64,000 nt of DNA from a virus, in the IMG/VR virus record IMGVR_UViG_3300030109_003951, positions 1-64,000 of that record. One strand, 5' to 3'. The notes under the pieces were generated by a model, which was given only the letters and a program-made list of their open reading frames with translations, did no database searches and had not been told where the DNA came from. Of the stretch, positions 53,885 to 62,174 are shown piece after piece (the first letter of the stretch is position 1; each line of letters opens with the position of its first letter). Made by a program: the position numbers and the translations under genes.

Positions 53885-54051
53885 TATAATTCCTCCTTCC
53901 ATTCTTCAATTACTTGTTCTATTTTTGAAATTAAATTAATTATTTTTTTTTGATTGTTTGTTAAGACATTTACTTGTCCCTGTAAAGATTCTATTTTAAT
54001 TTGCATTCTAGTTACTTTTTTATCATCTCTAACTTCTTTCTTCCAAAACAT
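53884..54051 (-). CDS. 55-aa coiled-coil protein (not in ORF track)
   Basis: MFWKKEV...WKEEL; overlaps both neighbours by 1-3 nt. Confidence 0.5.
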   Translation of the reverse strand: MFWKKEVRDDKKVTRMQIKIESLQGQVNVLTNNQKKIINLISKIEQVIEEWKEEL

Positions 54052-54854
54052 CAAAACCAATCCTCCAATGTTTTTTGTTTAGGGTCAGCATAAATATGAT
54101 ACATATCCCAACCCATTGCTTTGTATATAGGTTCGGCTTTGTTTATACAGTAACCTGCGTAATATTCGTAATCTATTTCTATTTTACCTTCATCTAATAA
54201 AGGTAATAATTCATTTTTTTCTTTGACTGAAATATAAGTAGCAACTCTAGAAGTCCCATCATTTAATGGGATTGTCTTAGGGCCAGATAATATGTTACAT
54301 TTGATTGTGATAAAAGAATCAGTTATGGGGTCGGACGAGTTCAAGTGTGTGTTATAATAAACTGCACCAGCAACTCCACCCGCTAATGTTGCATAATCAT
54401 TAATAGATTTCCTAAGCCTTGACCTCTTAAGAAAACTATCCATTTCTATTTTACCTTTCTTAATATTTTGATATGCTTGTTTTAAATACTTAGTAACTTC
54501 TTTTTCAGTTTTACCATTAGCCCACATTTTTAAAACCATCTCTTGTATAATTTTTGCAATGTGTATTTCAGTAGATTTCTTTACTGCAAATCCTGTAACT
54601 ACAAATTCTGGTTCATCTAAATGTTCACCATCTTTCCAAGATATAAAACCAGCATTACGGTTTTTAGTAATACCTATACCGAGAGAAGAATAAAACTTTT
54701 CAAACTCTAAAGTTACAGGGTGTTGGTCTAACCCAAGTATATTAGGAAATATTTCCCTAACCTGTTGATTAAGATAATTACACGTATCTTTAGCATGGTC
54801 TATCGACTCAACAGGACAAAACAAAGAATCAGTATGAGCGTATATTACTTTCAT
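54051..54854 (-). CDS. polB: Family B DNA polymerase, C-terminal part (motif C, thumb)
   Basis: IYAHTDSLF, LEFEK, KNRNAG, VTGF; ends QKTLEDWF (PIP-box-like). Confidence 0.85.
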   Translation of the reverse strand: MKVIYAHTDSLFCPVESIDHAKDTCNYLNQQVREIFPNILGLDQHPVTLEFEKFYSSLGIGITKNRNAGFISWKDGEHLDEPEFVVTGFAVKKSTEIHIAKIIQEMVLKMWANGKTEKEVTKYLKQAYQNIKKGKIEMDSFLKRSRLRKSINDYATLAGGVAGAVYYNTHLNSSDPITDSFITIKCNILSGPKTIPLNDGTSRVATYISVKEKNELLPLLDEGKIEIDYEYYAGYCINKAEPIYKAMGWDMYHIYADPKQKTLEDWF

Positions 54855-55126
54855 AAATTCAACTCCTTCCAGCATTTTTTATGATATTTTCTAGATGCCC
54901 AATCCTTGTGTGGTGCGCCTCCTCTACGGGCGAAACCAATGGGTTGTAATGCCCCACGACAATGTAAACAATAACCATGTGGAACCCACTCATAATCACA
55001 TTCTACACACACAACTAATCCCTTACCTTTTATTACTGTTTTATAAGCCTCAGTTCCTTTACATCTTCTACATATGTGTGTGGCCTCGTCACTCATCCCA
55101 AACCCTCCATCTTGCAGGATAATCAT
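54851..55126 (-). CDS. Small multi-zinc-finger protein between the PolB halves
   Basis: CRRC, CVEC, CLHC, HKKC. Confidence 0.65.
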   Translation of the reverse strand: MIILQDGGFGMSDEATHICRRCKGTEAYKTVIKGKGLVVCVECDYEWVPHGYCLHCRGALQPIGFARRGGAPHKDWASRKYHKKCWKELNL

Positions 55127-55313
55127 ATTTATTTAATCTGACAAATTCTTTGTGTCTTTTTAGAATGTTACTCAATCCTTGAATTGTAGGGCATGTCCTA
55201 AAATGCCTATCAACATAAATATCATAAATTTCTCTGGTGGTCATTTCACCATCACCTAATATATTTATTGCTTGTTGAATAATTCTCTGATATTTATTTT
55301 TTGCACTGGGCAT
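55089..55313 (-). CDS. Small winged-helix protein between the PolB halves
   Basis: MTTREIYD...PTIQGLSNILKR..F. Confidence 0.65.
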   Translation of the reverse strand: MPSAKNKYQRIIQQAINILGDGEMTTREIYDIYVDRHFRTCPTIQGLSNILKRHKEFVRLNKYDYPARWRVWDE

Positions 55314-56962
55314 TATAATCCCTCCGCAACTTTAGCAGCATGTCTGATTGCTTCTCTAGCACTAGCAGTGATGCTGTTCGCTAAATCTGGGTCATACCAA
55401 CCAAACTTAGGAAACGCAGTTACCCCATAGAAACTCGCCATGAGTCTCTTTACAGCCATTTGATTGTTAAACCATTTTTGATGTTCTTCCTTAGTGTCTG
55501 CTTTTTTCATTTTAGACTTGTATTCATCTCTAAGTTGTTTAAGATTAAGAACAGACCTTGGTAATAAACCAAGTTTGTCTGTTTTGTAATATCGCATGTT
55601 CTTTTTAATTACAGGGCTAAAGTCCTGTGGTGTTGCCAAATTACAAGCAAACTCTGTAGGTGTGCGAGACTTAGTTTCCCAACTAATATTCCTAGCCATC
55701 ATCATAGAAGGATATAGTTGTGCAAAATCAAAAGCCGCAACATTACTATGCCTACCATGCGTTTTGTTTACTTCTGGGTCAAATATCATGGCCCCAGTAA
55801 CTTCTACTCTCTCAGCATCTTTATTACCTGTCGGCACTTTCCAATCAGCATGTCTCATGAAGTAAATGCCTCCCATGTGAGAAGCATAAAAACACGCACT
55901 AAATGGTGCAACTAGTAATCTTTGTAATGCTAATATAGATTCTGATATTGCATTATCTTCATCTATGCGTTTTAGTAAAGCAACATCTTGAATATTATAA
56001 TCTAAATAATTTTGAGTATCTTCTAACCAAGCCCTTCTAAAGAATTCGTTTTTGTCTGTGAATTTAGAATCTTTCTTTTTACCTTCCCCGAATAAAAGAT
56101 TACCAACAAAATCTAAAGCAGTAGATGGAAGTGTGCCACGTTGAGCATCGTTCCATTGTCTTTCAAATGCATGGTCTAAGTTTAAACACAATCTACCATA
56201 GATAGGTTGAGATATAGGTGATATTTGATTCCATGCCTTTTTGTTGGGTTTGACCAACCCTATAGGAGATAGTCTACTAATATCAATATTATTTTCTTCT
56301 AACCTTTCAAACAACTTAGGAATATCTGCTTGTAATCCAAACCATGCAATCAACATGTCTGGGTCTTGTTCTTCCATATCAGAAACGAAAGCCTCAAGCA
56401 TATCTTCTTCTGAATTAAAATGATATTCCGCAGCATCGACTACAATCATATCTAGTTTAGCATCTTTGGGAGTCCAATAGTATAAGTTTATGCAATCTGC
56501 ATAATTATCGTAAACTGCAATAGTTGTTATCGCCCCATCATATTTACCTGTGTTCATCCATTCCATATCCCAATACCACTTACGTAAATCATACTCTGGT
56601 ATTTCAGTCATTTTATCAATACAATAACGATGTGTAAAATTAACATCTGCTTCATACGTTTTGTCAAAGTATTTTCTAGCGGTTCTAATATCATTATATT
56701 TAGTAACCATAACTTTAGTCAAAGGTTGGTTTTCCAAATTAACATGGCTAGTTCTTTCATAAATAAACTCTTGAGGTAGTTTCATCTTTCTACCTTGAGA
56801 ATTAGTAACACTGATGTTATATGCTTGCGGCATTCTTTCGTCAGAACCAACATAAAAATACGGTCTAAAATCAGTGACTTCTTTTTCTAATCTATTACCA
56901 TTTTCATCACGCCATCTAAGATAAATAGTGTTATCTTTATGTGTGATAATCATGTGTCTCAA
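55313..56962 (-). CDS. polB: Family B DNA polymerase, N-terminal part (exonuclease, motifs A and B)
   Basis: FRPYFY, YEADV, ExoI DMEW, ExoIII YNIQD, motif A DFAQLYPS, motif B QMAVKRLMASFYG. Confidence 0.9.
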   Translation of the reverse strand: MRHMIITHKDNTIYLRWRDENGNRLEKEVTDFRPYFYVGSDERMPQAYNISVTNSQGRKMKLPQEFIYERTSHVNLENQPLTKVMVTKYNDIRTARKYFDKTYEADVNFTHRYCIDKMTEIPEYDLRKWYWDMEWMNTGKYDGAITTIAVYDNYADCINLYYWTPKDAKLDMIVVDAAEYHFNSEEDMLEAFVSDMEEQDPDMLIAWFGLQADIPKLFERLEENNIDISRLSPIGLVKPNKKAWNQISPISQPIYGRLCLNLDHAFERQWNDAQRGTLPSTALDFVGNLLFGEGKKKDSKFTDKNEFFRRAWLEDTQNYLDYNIQDVALLKRIDEDNAISESILALQRLLVAPFSACFYASHMGGIYFMRHADWKVPTGNKDAERVEVTGAMIFDPEVNKTHGRHSNVAAFDFAQLYPSMMMARNISWETKSRTPTEFACNLATPQDFSPVIKKNMRYYKTDKLGLLPRSVLNLKQLRDEYKSKMKKADTKEEHQKWFNNQMAVKRLMASFYGVTAFPKFGWYDPDLANSITASAREAIRHAAKVAEGL

Positions 56963-57714
56963 CTCATGTACGGTGCTACAACAATAGCAGCGAAATCTGT
57001 GCTTGCAAATAACGGCATGTCATCATGTAATCTCAAATTGATTCTATTATTCCATTCGTTTTCACTTTGAAATAAAACATGAATAGGTGCTGCAAAAGGA
57101 ACAGTAGCAGCATTACCACTATGTTCTCTCATTTGTAATTCGTTAGATATTTTTCTTTGGCCTTTAGATGCCTGTAAATATAGTCTTTCATTGGGGTGAA
57201 AGTTCAAAACATAATTAGATGCTCCCACTGTGTCACAAGCCTTAATAGATTGAGTTAAACTATCGACATCTAAATTTACTGTTAAGTCATATTTAGTTGA
57301 ACCGAATGTAAAGTCTGGCCCAAAACCCTCATCAATCCAATTAATCAACTTAGGGCTAAACCTATCAATAGCCGATTCATTTTCATGATGTGCAACTAAA
57401 GGAACTGTTGCAGAATCACTATCTTGTAATATTGTCAAAACACTACCAACCTCAAACTCAACTTCTCCAGAAAAGGTTTTCAACATCGGTAATATTTCTA
57501 AATCTAAAACAAACTGAACATCTTCTGCGTTGTCTAAAACTATCTTATATGCTACAGCGACAGAGTTTGCCCTATTAGCACTAAGTAAATATAAATTGTT
57601 ATCTTCAATTTTACAAGTTATTTGAGAAGACAACTCACCATTTTTATCGCCCCATTTACCTTTCATGGTACAATACTTGATTCCCTTTAGAAAACTATCC
57701 ATGTTTATTATCAT
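56959..57714 (-). CDS. Putative PCNA-like sliding clamp
   Basis: About 250 aa, two-domain beta/alpha pattern ending in ...VVAPY; adjacent to PolB, with RFC nearby. Confidence 0.6.
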   Translation of the reverse strand: MIINMDSFLKGIKYCTMKGKWGDKNGELSSQITCKIEDNNLYLLSANRANSVAVAYKIVLDNAEDVQFVLDLEILPMLKTFSGEVEFEVGSVLTILQDSDSATVPLVAHHENESAIDRFSPKLINWIDEGFGPDFTFGSTKYDLTVNLDVDSLTQSIKACDTVGASNYVLNFHPNERLYLQASKGQRKISNELQMREHSGNAATVPFAAPIHVLFQSENEWNNRINLRLHDDMPLFASTDFAAIVVAPYMS

Positions 57715-58547
57715 ATAGTCCCCTCCTTCAATGGCGGGATTCCTTCCCACTTAACTTCATTCTTTTGATGGTCAACTGCTAAAACTTTGAATGTTTTACC
57801 AACACTTAATGTATTAGATTTAGATGAAAGTATTTCTGCTGAATATTCTACACTGTTTAATTTTTTAGTTTTAGTCATCCTAATTTCGTGGCTAAATCTA
57901 GCAGGAGTGCTTTTATGCCAATCTGCTTCTTTACCAACTGGATTAGGATTGTTTATTCCTTCATATACATCTTTCATGTGTGTAATGAAAAACACATCAC
58001 ATTCTAAAGCATCAACCTTGTCTAATAATAAATTATAATGTCTGTTTCTTTTACCGTACAAAATAGGTAGAAACTTAAAGTCTGTTTCTTTTTTACCTTT
58101 AGTTAAAGTATCAAAACATCTGACTAACCATTTATCTACACCATCAAATACAAATTTGTATTTATCACCGAAGTCACCATTCTTAACTCTACGAACAAAA
58201 GCCTCAGCCAACTTTTCACTTTGAGCAAAATTTGGCGAGCCATCTTCATTAAAGCAATGGGGGTCAAACACAATTATGTGGTCACTAGAATCCCAGTTGT
58301 TTCTCCACGTAGGTTCACAACCATTATCCCAATCTAATGCTATTACTTTCCAACCATCTTTAATTTCTTGTTCTGTCAAACAATCCAAGGCTACACCAGA
58401 CTTTCCAGACTTAGGCTCACCGTGAATTCCAACTCTCAGAAAAGACCTGTTTCTTTTATTCATAGCCTTTAATCTTCTATCTATTTCATCACATTGTTTT
58501 TTAAATTCTTCTTCAGAATTAGTTCCTAATTTAAACGCACTTTGCAT
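57711..58547 (-). CDS. AAA_24/Sak4-like RecA-fold ATPase (recombinase)
   Basis: GEPKSGKS, LDWDNG, FVFDGV, FFITH; likely start 58547 after AGGAGA. Confidence 0.7.
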   Translation of the reverse strand: MQSAFKLGTNSEEEFKKQCDEIDRRLKAMNKRNRSFLRVGIHGEPKSGKSGVALDCLTEQEIKDGWKVIALDWDNGCEPTWRNNWDSSDHIIVFDPHCFNEDGSPNFAQSEKLAEAFVRRVKNGDFGDKYKFVFDGVDKWLVRCFDTLTKGKKETDFKFLPILYGKRNRHYNLLLDKVDALECDVFFITHMKDVYEGINNPNPVGKEADWHKSTPARFSHEIRMTKTKKLNSVEYSAEILSSKSNTLSVGKTFKVLAVDHQKNEVKWEGIPPLKEGTI

Positions 58548-58653
58548 ATTTATTTCTCCTGTAATTTTTGTCGAAGGAAACAAGTTCATGGGGTCGTAAT
58601 CCACTATTTCCGAAACGGAAGTGTTTTCTTGTTATTCACGGATAAACCTTCTA

Positions 58654-58685
58654 TCAAAGGGGTTGCGAGGGTGCCCCCCTTTTGA
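58654..58685 (-). promoter_or_regulatory. GC-rich hairpin just after the SSB-like gene stop
   Basis: tcaaagggg...ccccttttga inverted repeat; may be a terminator or RNA-stability element. Confidence 0.4.
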
Positions 58686-58692
58686 CTTTAAA

Positions 58693-60006
58693 TCACCACC
58701 AGTCATCATCAGTGCTTTCTACACTGACTACAATAGGTTCTCCCTTTCTTTCTTGTACTAATAATCCATAAACATTAATTGTTACTGGGTTGACAATAGT
58801 TTCACCTGTATCTTCATCAATAGTTTCTCTTTGTGATGTTCTACCAATAATTAAGATTTGACTGCCTACACCAAAGTCTAAATCAATGTGAGGCGGTAGC
58901 CAACAAACTGTGTCTTCATATTGATTAACATCATAATTATAATTGTCTAAAGATGCAAGCCAAATAGTTCTGTTACCAACTTTGTTTGGAGATGGTTGCA
59001 TATTTGTAACCATACCATCAGTGATAACCAATCTTTCAGCATAAGGTCTTGTTAAAGAATTATTATGATACATGTCTATATTCACTAAGTTTGTAGTCAT
59101 ACCACCCATACAATTTTGAATAAGTTCCATAACATTTGGAGTTACTGCAATTTTATCATCATGTTCATCTGGTAATTGGCTATTAATCATTAAAGAATCT
59201 AATGACCTAACTGTACCATAAACAACATTTCTTTCTTCATTCCAAACACCTGTAAAGTATAATGGTTCATACAACGGAACTTTTTCTGCAAATTCTGTTG
59301 CTACTAAACTACCACCTTTGTCTCTAAGTTGAACTGGCCAATATTTAGGGCTTTCATCATTTGGCCCTTGACCAATAAAGTGTGCTTTACGTGTATTGTC
59401 AGTTAATGGTAATGGTTTACAATATGATGGGTTTTTATCACCATTTTGGAATTTTTCTGTTAAATCAATTGGTGTAGCCCAACCAAGTTCAAATTCCCAA
59501 GATGCATCTTTAATTCTATTGAACCAATTCTCATCTAATGGTTTACCAGCAATCGTAGTGTTACGAACTGTTTCTTCACCATTTGCAATGTAACTGTTTT
59601 GATAACCTGCTTCTGTTTTAGTAGTAAGTGAAATACCATATGGTCTACTATTAACTTCTATACCATTACGATAAACACCTTCTAAATCATGCTCACAAGC
59701 AGCCTTAATCATATCTCTAGGATATTGCATGTTATTACGAACATCTTCCATACCTACAAATACACCAAAACCTCTTTTGATAAAAGAGCCACCTGTGTTT
59801 GAAACATTAACTGTGTTTCTTTGCATTGCCCTTCTACGCCCAGATACCCAATTTCTAAACAAGGCTCTTATTTGCAAAGAGTCTGTCTCTTTATTGAAAT
59901 TGTGTTTTTGCACTATCTCTTCTATTTTTTCTGTCACCGCACTAGCATCCATTTCAAACATTCGTGCTGTATTCTCTATCTCTTCTATATCGTTTTCCCA
60001 ATACAT
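58693..60006 (-). CDS. Putative RPA/SSB-like OB-fold protein
   Basis: OB-like C-terminal region (GMVTNM...IWL...ILIIGRT...INVYG), acidic end DDDWW; sits between clamp loader and recombinase. Confidence 0.55.
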   Translation of the reverse strand: MYWENDIEEIENTARMFEMDASAVTEKIEEIVQKHNFNKETDSLQIRALFRNWVSGRRRAMQRNTVNVSNTGGSFIKRGFGVFVGMEDVRNNMQYPRDMIKAACEHDLEGVYRNGIEVNSRPYGISLTTKTEAGYQNSYIANGEETVRNTTIAGKPLDENWFNRIKDASWEFELGWATPIDLTEKFQNGDKNPSYCKPLPLTDNTRKAHFIGQGPNDESPKYWPVQLRDKGGSLVATEFAEKVPLYEPLYFTGVWNEERNVVYGTVRSLDSLMINSQLPDEHDDKIAVTPNVMELIQNCMGGMTTNLVNIDMYHNNSLTRPYAERLVITDGMVTNMQPSPNKVGNRTIWLASLDNYNYDVNQYEDTVCWLPPHIDLDFGVGSQILIIGRTSQRETIDEDTGETIVNPVTINVYGLLVQERKGEPIVVSVESTDDDWW

Positions 60007-60018
60007 ATTTTTTCCTCC

Positions 60019-60939
60019 TTATATTTTTATTGATGCTACTAACCAAGACAACAAAACTCTTGGTGTCATGTTAGTGCTTCTCCATTCTGCTTCACCTATG
60101 GCTCGCAAGAAAATGAATTTCTTATTGTAATCAATCTCATCTCTCATCACAACTTCATGTAAACCAGAGCAAATCTCTTGTAGAGATTGACCTTCTCTAT
60201 TCATGTCCGATAATAGTTCTAACGCATCAATCCTATTACCGTCAATTATCTTGTGTACTACTTCTGAATATCCTTTCAGACTTTGAACAACTTGAACCCC
60301 TAAAGGTCTACCAGAAATCAAAGCCGCTTGCAATTCAGTCAACACCCTACGGACATCCCCATTGTACGCACTTATAAAGTGGAACAAAACTTTTTCCTCA
60401 ATGTTTGGAATTTGCTCGTTTTTCAAACATCGCATAACTAAGTCAAAAATTCTCTGGTCAGTTAATCTTTGGAAAAAGTAGTTAGCACATCTTGATTGAA
60501 TCGGGTGAATAATTTTGTTTCTGTCATTACAGGTAATAATAAATCTAACATTGTTAGAGTATCTTTCCATGACTCTCTTCAATGCATTCTGAGCATCTGT
60601 TGTCATACCATCCATTTCATCTAAATGTATAATCTTAAAAGGAACATCACCAATCTTCATAGTTTGTGCAAACTCTCTTATTTGAGTTCTAACAACTTCT
60701 AACTTTCTATCGTCACTAGCGTTGATTTCTAAAAAGTTATCCATGTATTCCCCTAACAACTCTTTTCCTAACACCATCGCTGCTGCTGTTTTACCAACAC
60801 CTGCTGGCCCAAACAACAAAAGGTGTGGCATGTCTTTATGCTCAATCCACCCTTCGGCATCTAGTCTAAAACTATCTTGTCCTATGATGTCTCCTAATCT
60901 TTCTGGTCTGTATTTTTCTGCCCATAATTCACTTCTCAT
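60019..60939 (-). CDS. rfcS: Replication factor C small subunit (clamp loader)
   Basis: WAEKYRP, GPAGVGKT, EINASD, LDEMD, AQNAL, IQSRC, GDVR. Confidence 0.93.
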   Translation of the reverse strand: MRSELWAEKYRPERLGDIIGQDSFRLDAEGWIEHKDMPHLLLFGPAGVGKTAAAMVLGKELLGEYMDNFLEINASDDRKLEVVRTQIREFAQTMKIGDVPFKIIHLDEMDGMTTDAQNALKRVMERYSNNVRFIITCNDRNKIIHPIQSRCANYFFQRLTDQRIFDLVMRCLKNEQIPNIEEKVLFHFISAYNGDVRRVLTELQAALISGRPLGVQVVQSLKGYSEVVHKIIDGNRIDALELLSDMNREGQSLQEICSGLHEVVMRDEIDYNKKFIFLRAIGEAEWRSTNMTPRVLLSWLVASIKI

Positions 60940-61772
60940 ATATAATCCTCCAATGTTTTCTTGCTTTTCTTTCGTATTTTCTTTCTAGTAATTGGCTTTT
61001 CACCAATCCCTAATAATCTATATTCTTGATTGTTTAATCTTTTTTGAGTGTAATATTTGAATTCCTCTGACCCTTTTACAATATCCATTAGTAAATGCCA
61101 TTCATTAGTTTTGAACCCTAGCCTTCTTAGTATTCTACGTCTTTCTTTATCTTGGGCAAACTTAGGGAATCTTAACATTCCCGCATGTCCACCATCAAAA
61201 GCATAAGCCAACATTTCATAAAAGTAAGGATATTTCCATCTCCGCTTAACTTTAGCATCCACAAATAATAATCTATTAAAGTGAACATGGTCAGATAATG
61301 CATTCATGAGAAACACATCTGGTGGTCGATTGCTCTTTAAGATTCTGGCAACTTCATCTCTATCACGATTTTTTAAGAACAACTTTACCATCTCGAAAAC
61401 ATCAACCTTTGGATTTAATGCTGGCACACTTCTAGGTGCAATATCTGCAAAAGGTAAATGCACCGTAGCACCAGCCAATTTTATTCTACATAATTTTTTG
61501 ATTGCTGCTGGTATTGATTTTTTATCAACAGAAGTTAAAACAACTTTGGCTTTTGCTTTACGCAAATGTTCAACTATCTCGTCTGTGTTGGCTTTATAGT
61601 GAACATCCTCAATTAACAATTGTAAATCTTTAGGCACTCCTCCCTCAAACTCATTAGCAAAAAATACCAACGGGTCATCTAACAAAGAAAGAGCCATTGT
61701 CGTTTTACCAGTAGATGGTTTACCAACCACAATAATTGGTTGTTCTTTTTTTGACATGCTGGCCCAACTCAT
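60936..61772 (-). CDS. Degenerate AAA+ protein, putative RFC large-subunit analogue
   Basis: GKPSTGKT, LIEDV; ends KKTLEDYI (PIP-like); adjacent to RFC small subunit. Confidence 0.55.
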   Translation of the reverse strand: MSWASMSKKEQPIIVVGKPSTGKTTMALSLLDDPLVFFANEFEGGVPKDLQLLIEDVHYKANTDEIVEHLRKAKAKVVLTSVDKKSIPAAIKKLCRIKLAGATVHLPFADIAPRSVPALNPKVDVFEMVKLFLKNRDRDEVARILKSNRPPDVFLMNALSDHVHFNRLLFVDAKVKRRWKYPYFYEMLAYAFDGGHAGMLRFPKFAQDKERRRILRRLGFKTNEWHLLMDIVKGSEEFKYYTQKRLNNQEYRLLGIGEKPITRKKIRKKSKKTLEDYI

Positions 61773-62170
61773 TTATTTCCCTCCTTCAAGTCTATGATGT
61801 CCTGTATTCCATCTTGATTCAAATGTTCACCAAATTCTACTATTTCTAAAGCCTGTAAGAAATTGTCCCACTGACCTAAAGCATCTGGAATAACAGGAAT
61901 TAAATCACCTAACTTTAACAACGATTCAAGTTTTCTAACAGACAATATTGGTTGCTTTCTAGTTTTACTTTCATGTAATCTTAGATTACTTTCTATTTGA
62001 TATTGTAAAAATGTTCTTTGCAACGCCTCAATAAATTCAAGATTCTTCGCTCGAAAATGAACGGCTAACCTCACAGCAAAACCTACATCCCTACTTTCTT
62101 GACGTTGGACAGTGATTTCAGTTTTAGCCAATGATAATAATATCCCTTGTAATTGCTCTTTAGTAAACAT
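61769..62170 (-). CDS. Degenerate single-domain LAGLIDADG-like protein
   Basis: LQGILLSLAKTEI in place of the LAGLIDADG helix; ..VRLAVHF..FIEAL.. and HLNQDGIQDIIDLK tail. Confidence 0.55.
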   Translation of the reverse strand: MFTKEQLQGILLSLAKTEITVQRQESRDVGFAVRLAVHFRAKNLEFIEALQRTFLQYQIESNLRLHESKTRKQPILSVRKLESLLKLGDLIPVIPDALGQWDNFLQALEIVEFGEHLNQDGIQDIIDLKEGNK

Positions 62171-62174
62171 AGTA

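Noticed and set aside
53024-53902. Cas4-like gene as a CRISPR-Cas system
   Set aside because: No cas1/cas2 and no repeat-spacer array seen; stand-alone Cas4-like nucleases are common in archaeal viruses
54855-55312. PolB as a disrupted pseudogene
   Set aside because: Both halves have clean long ORFs, retained catalytic Asp residues, and their own SD/start with coupled overlaps
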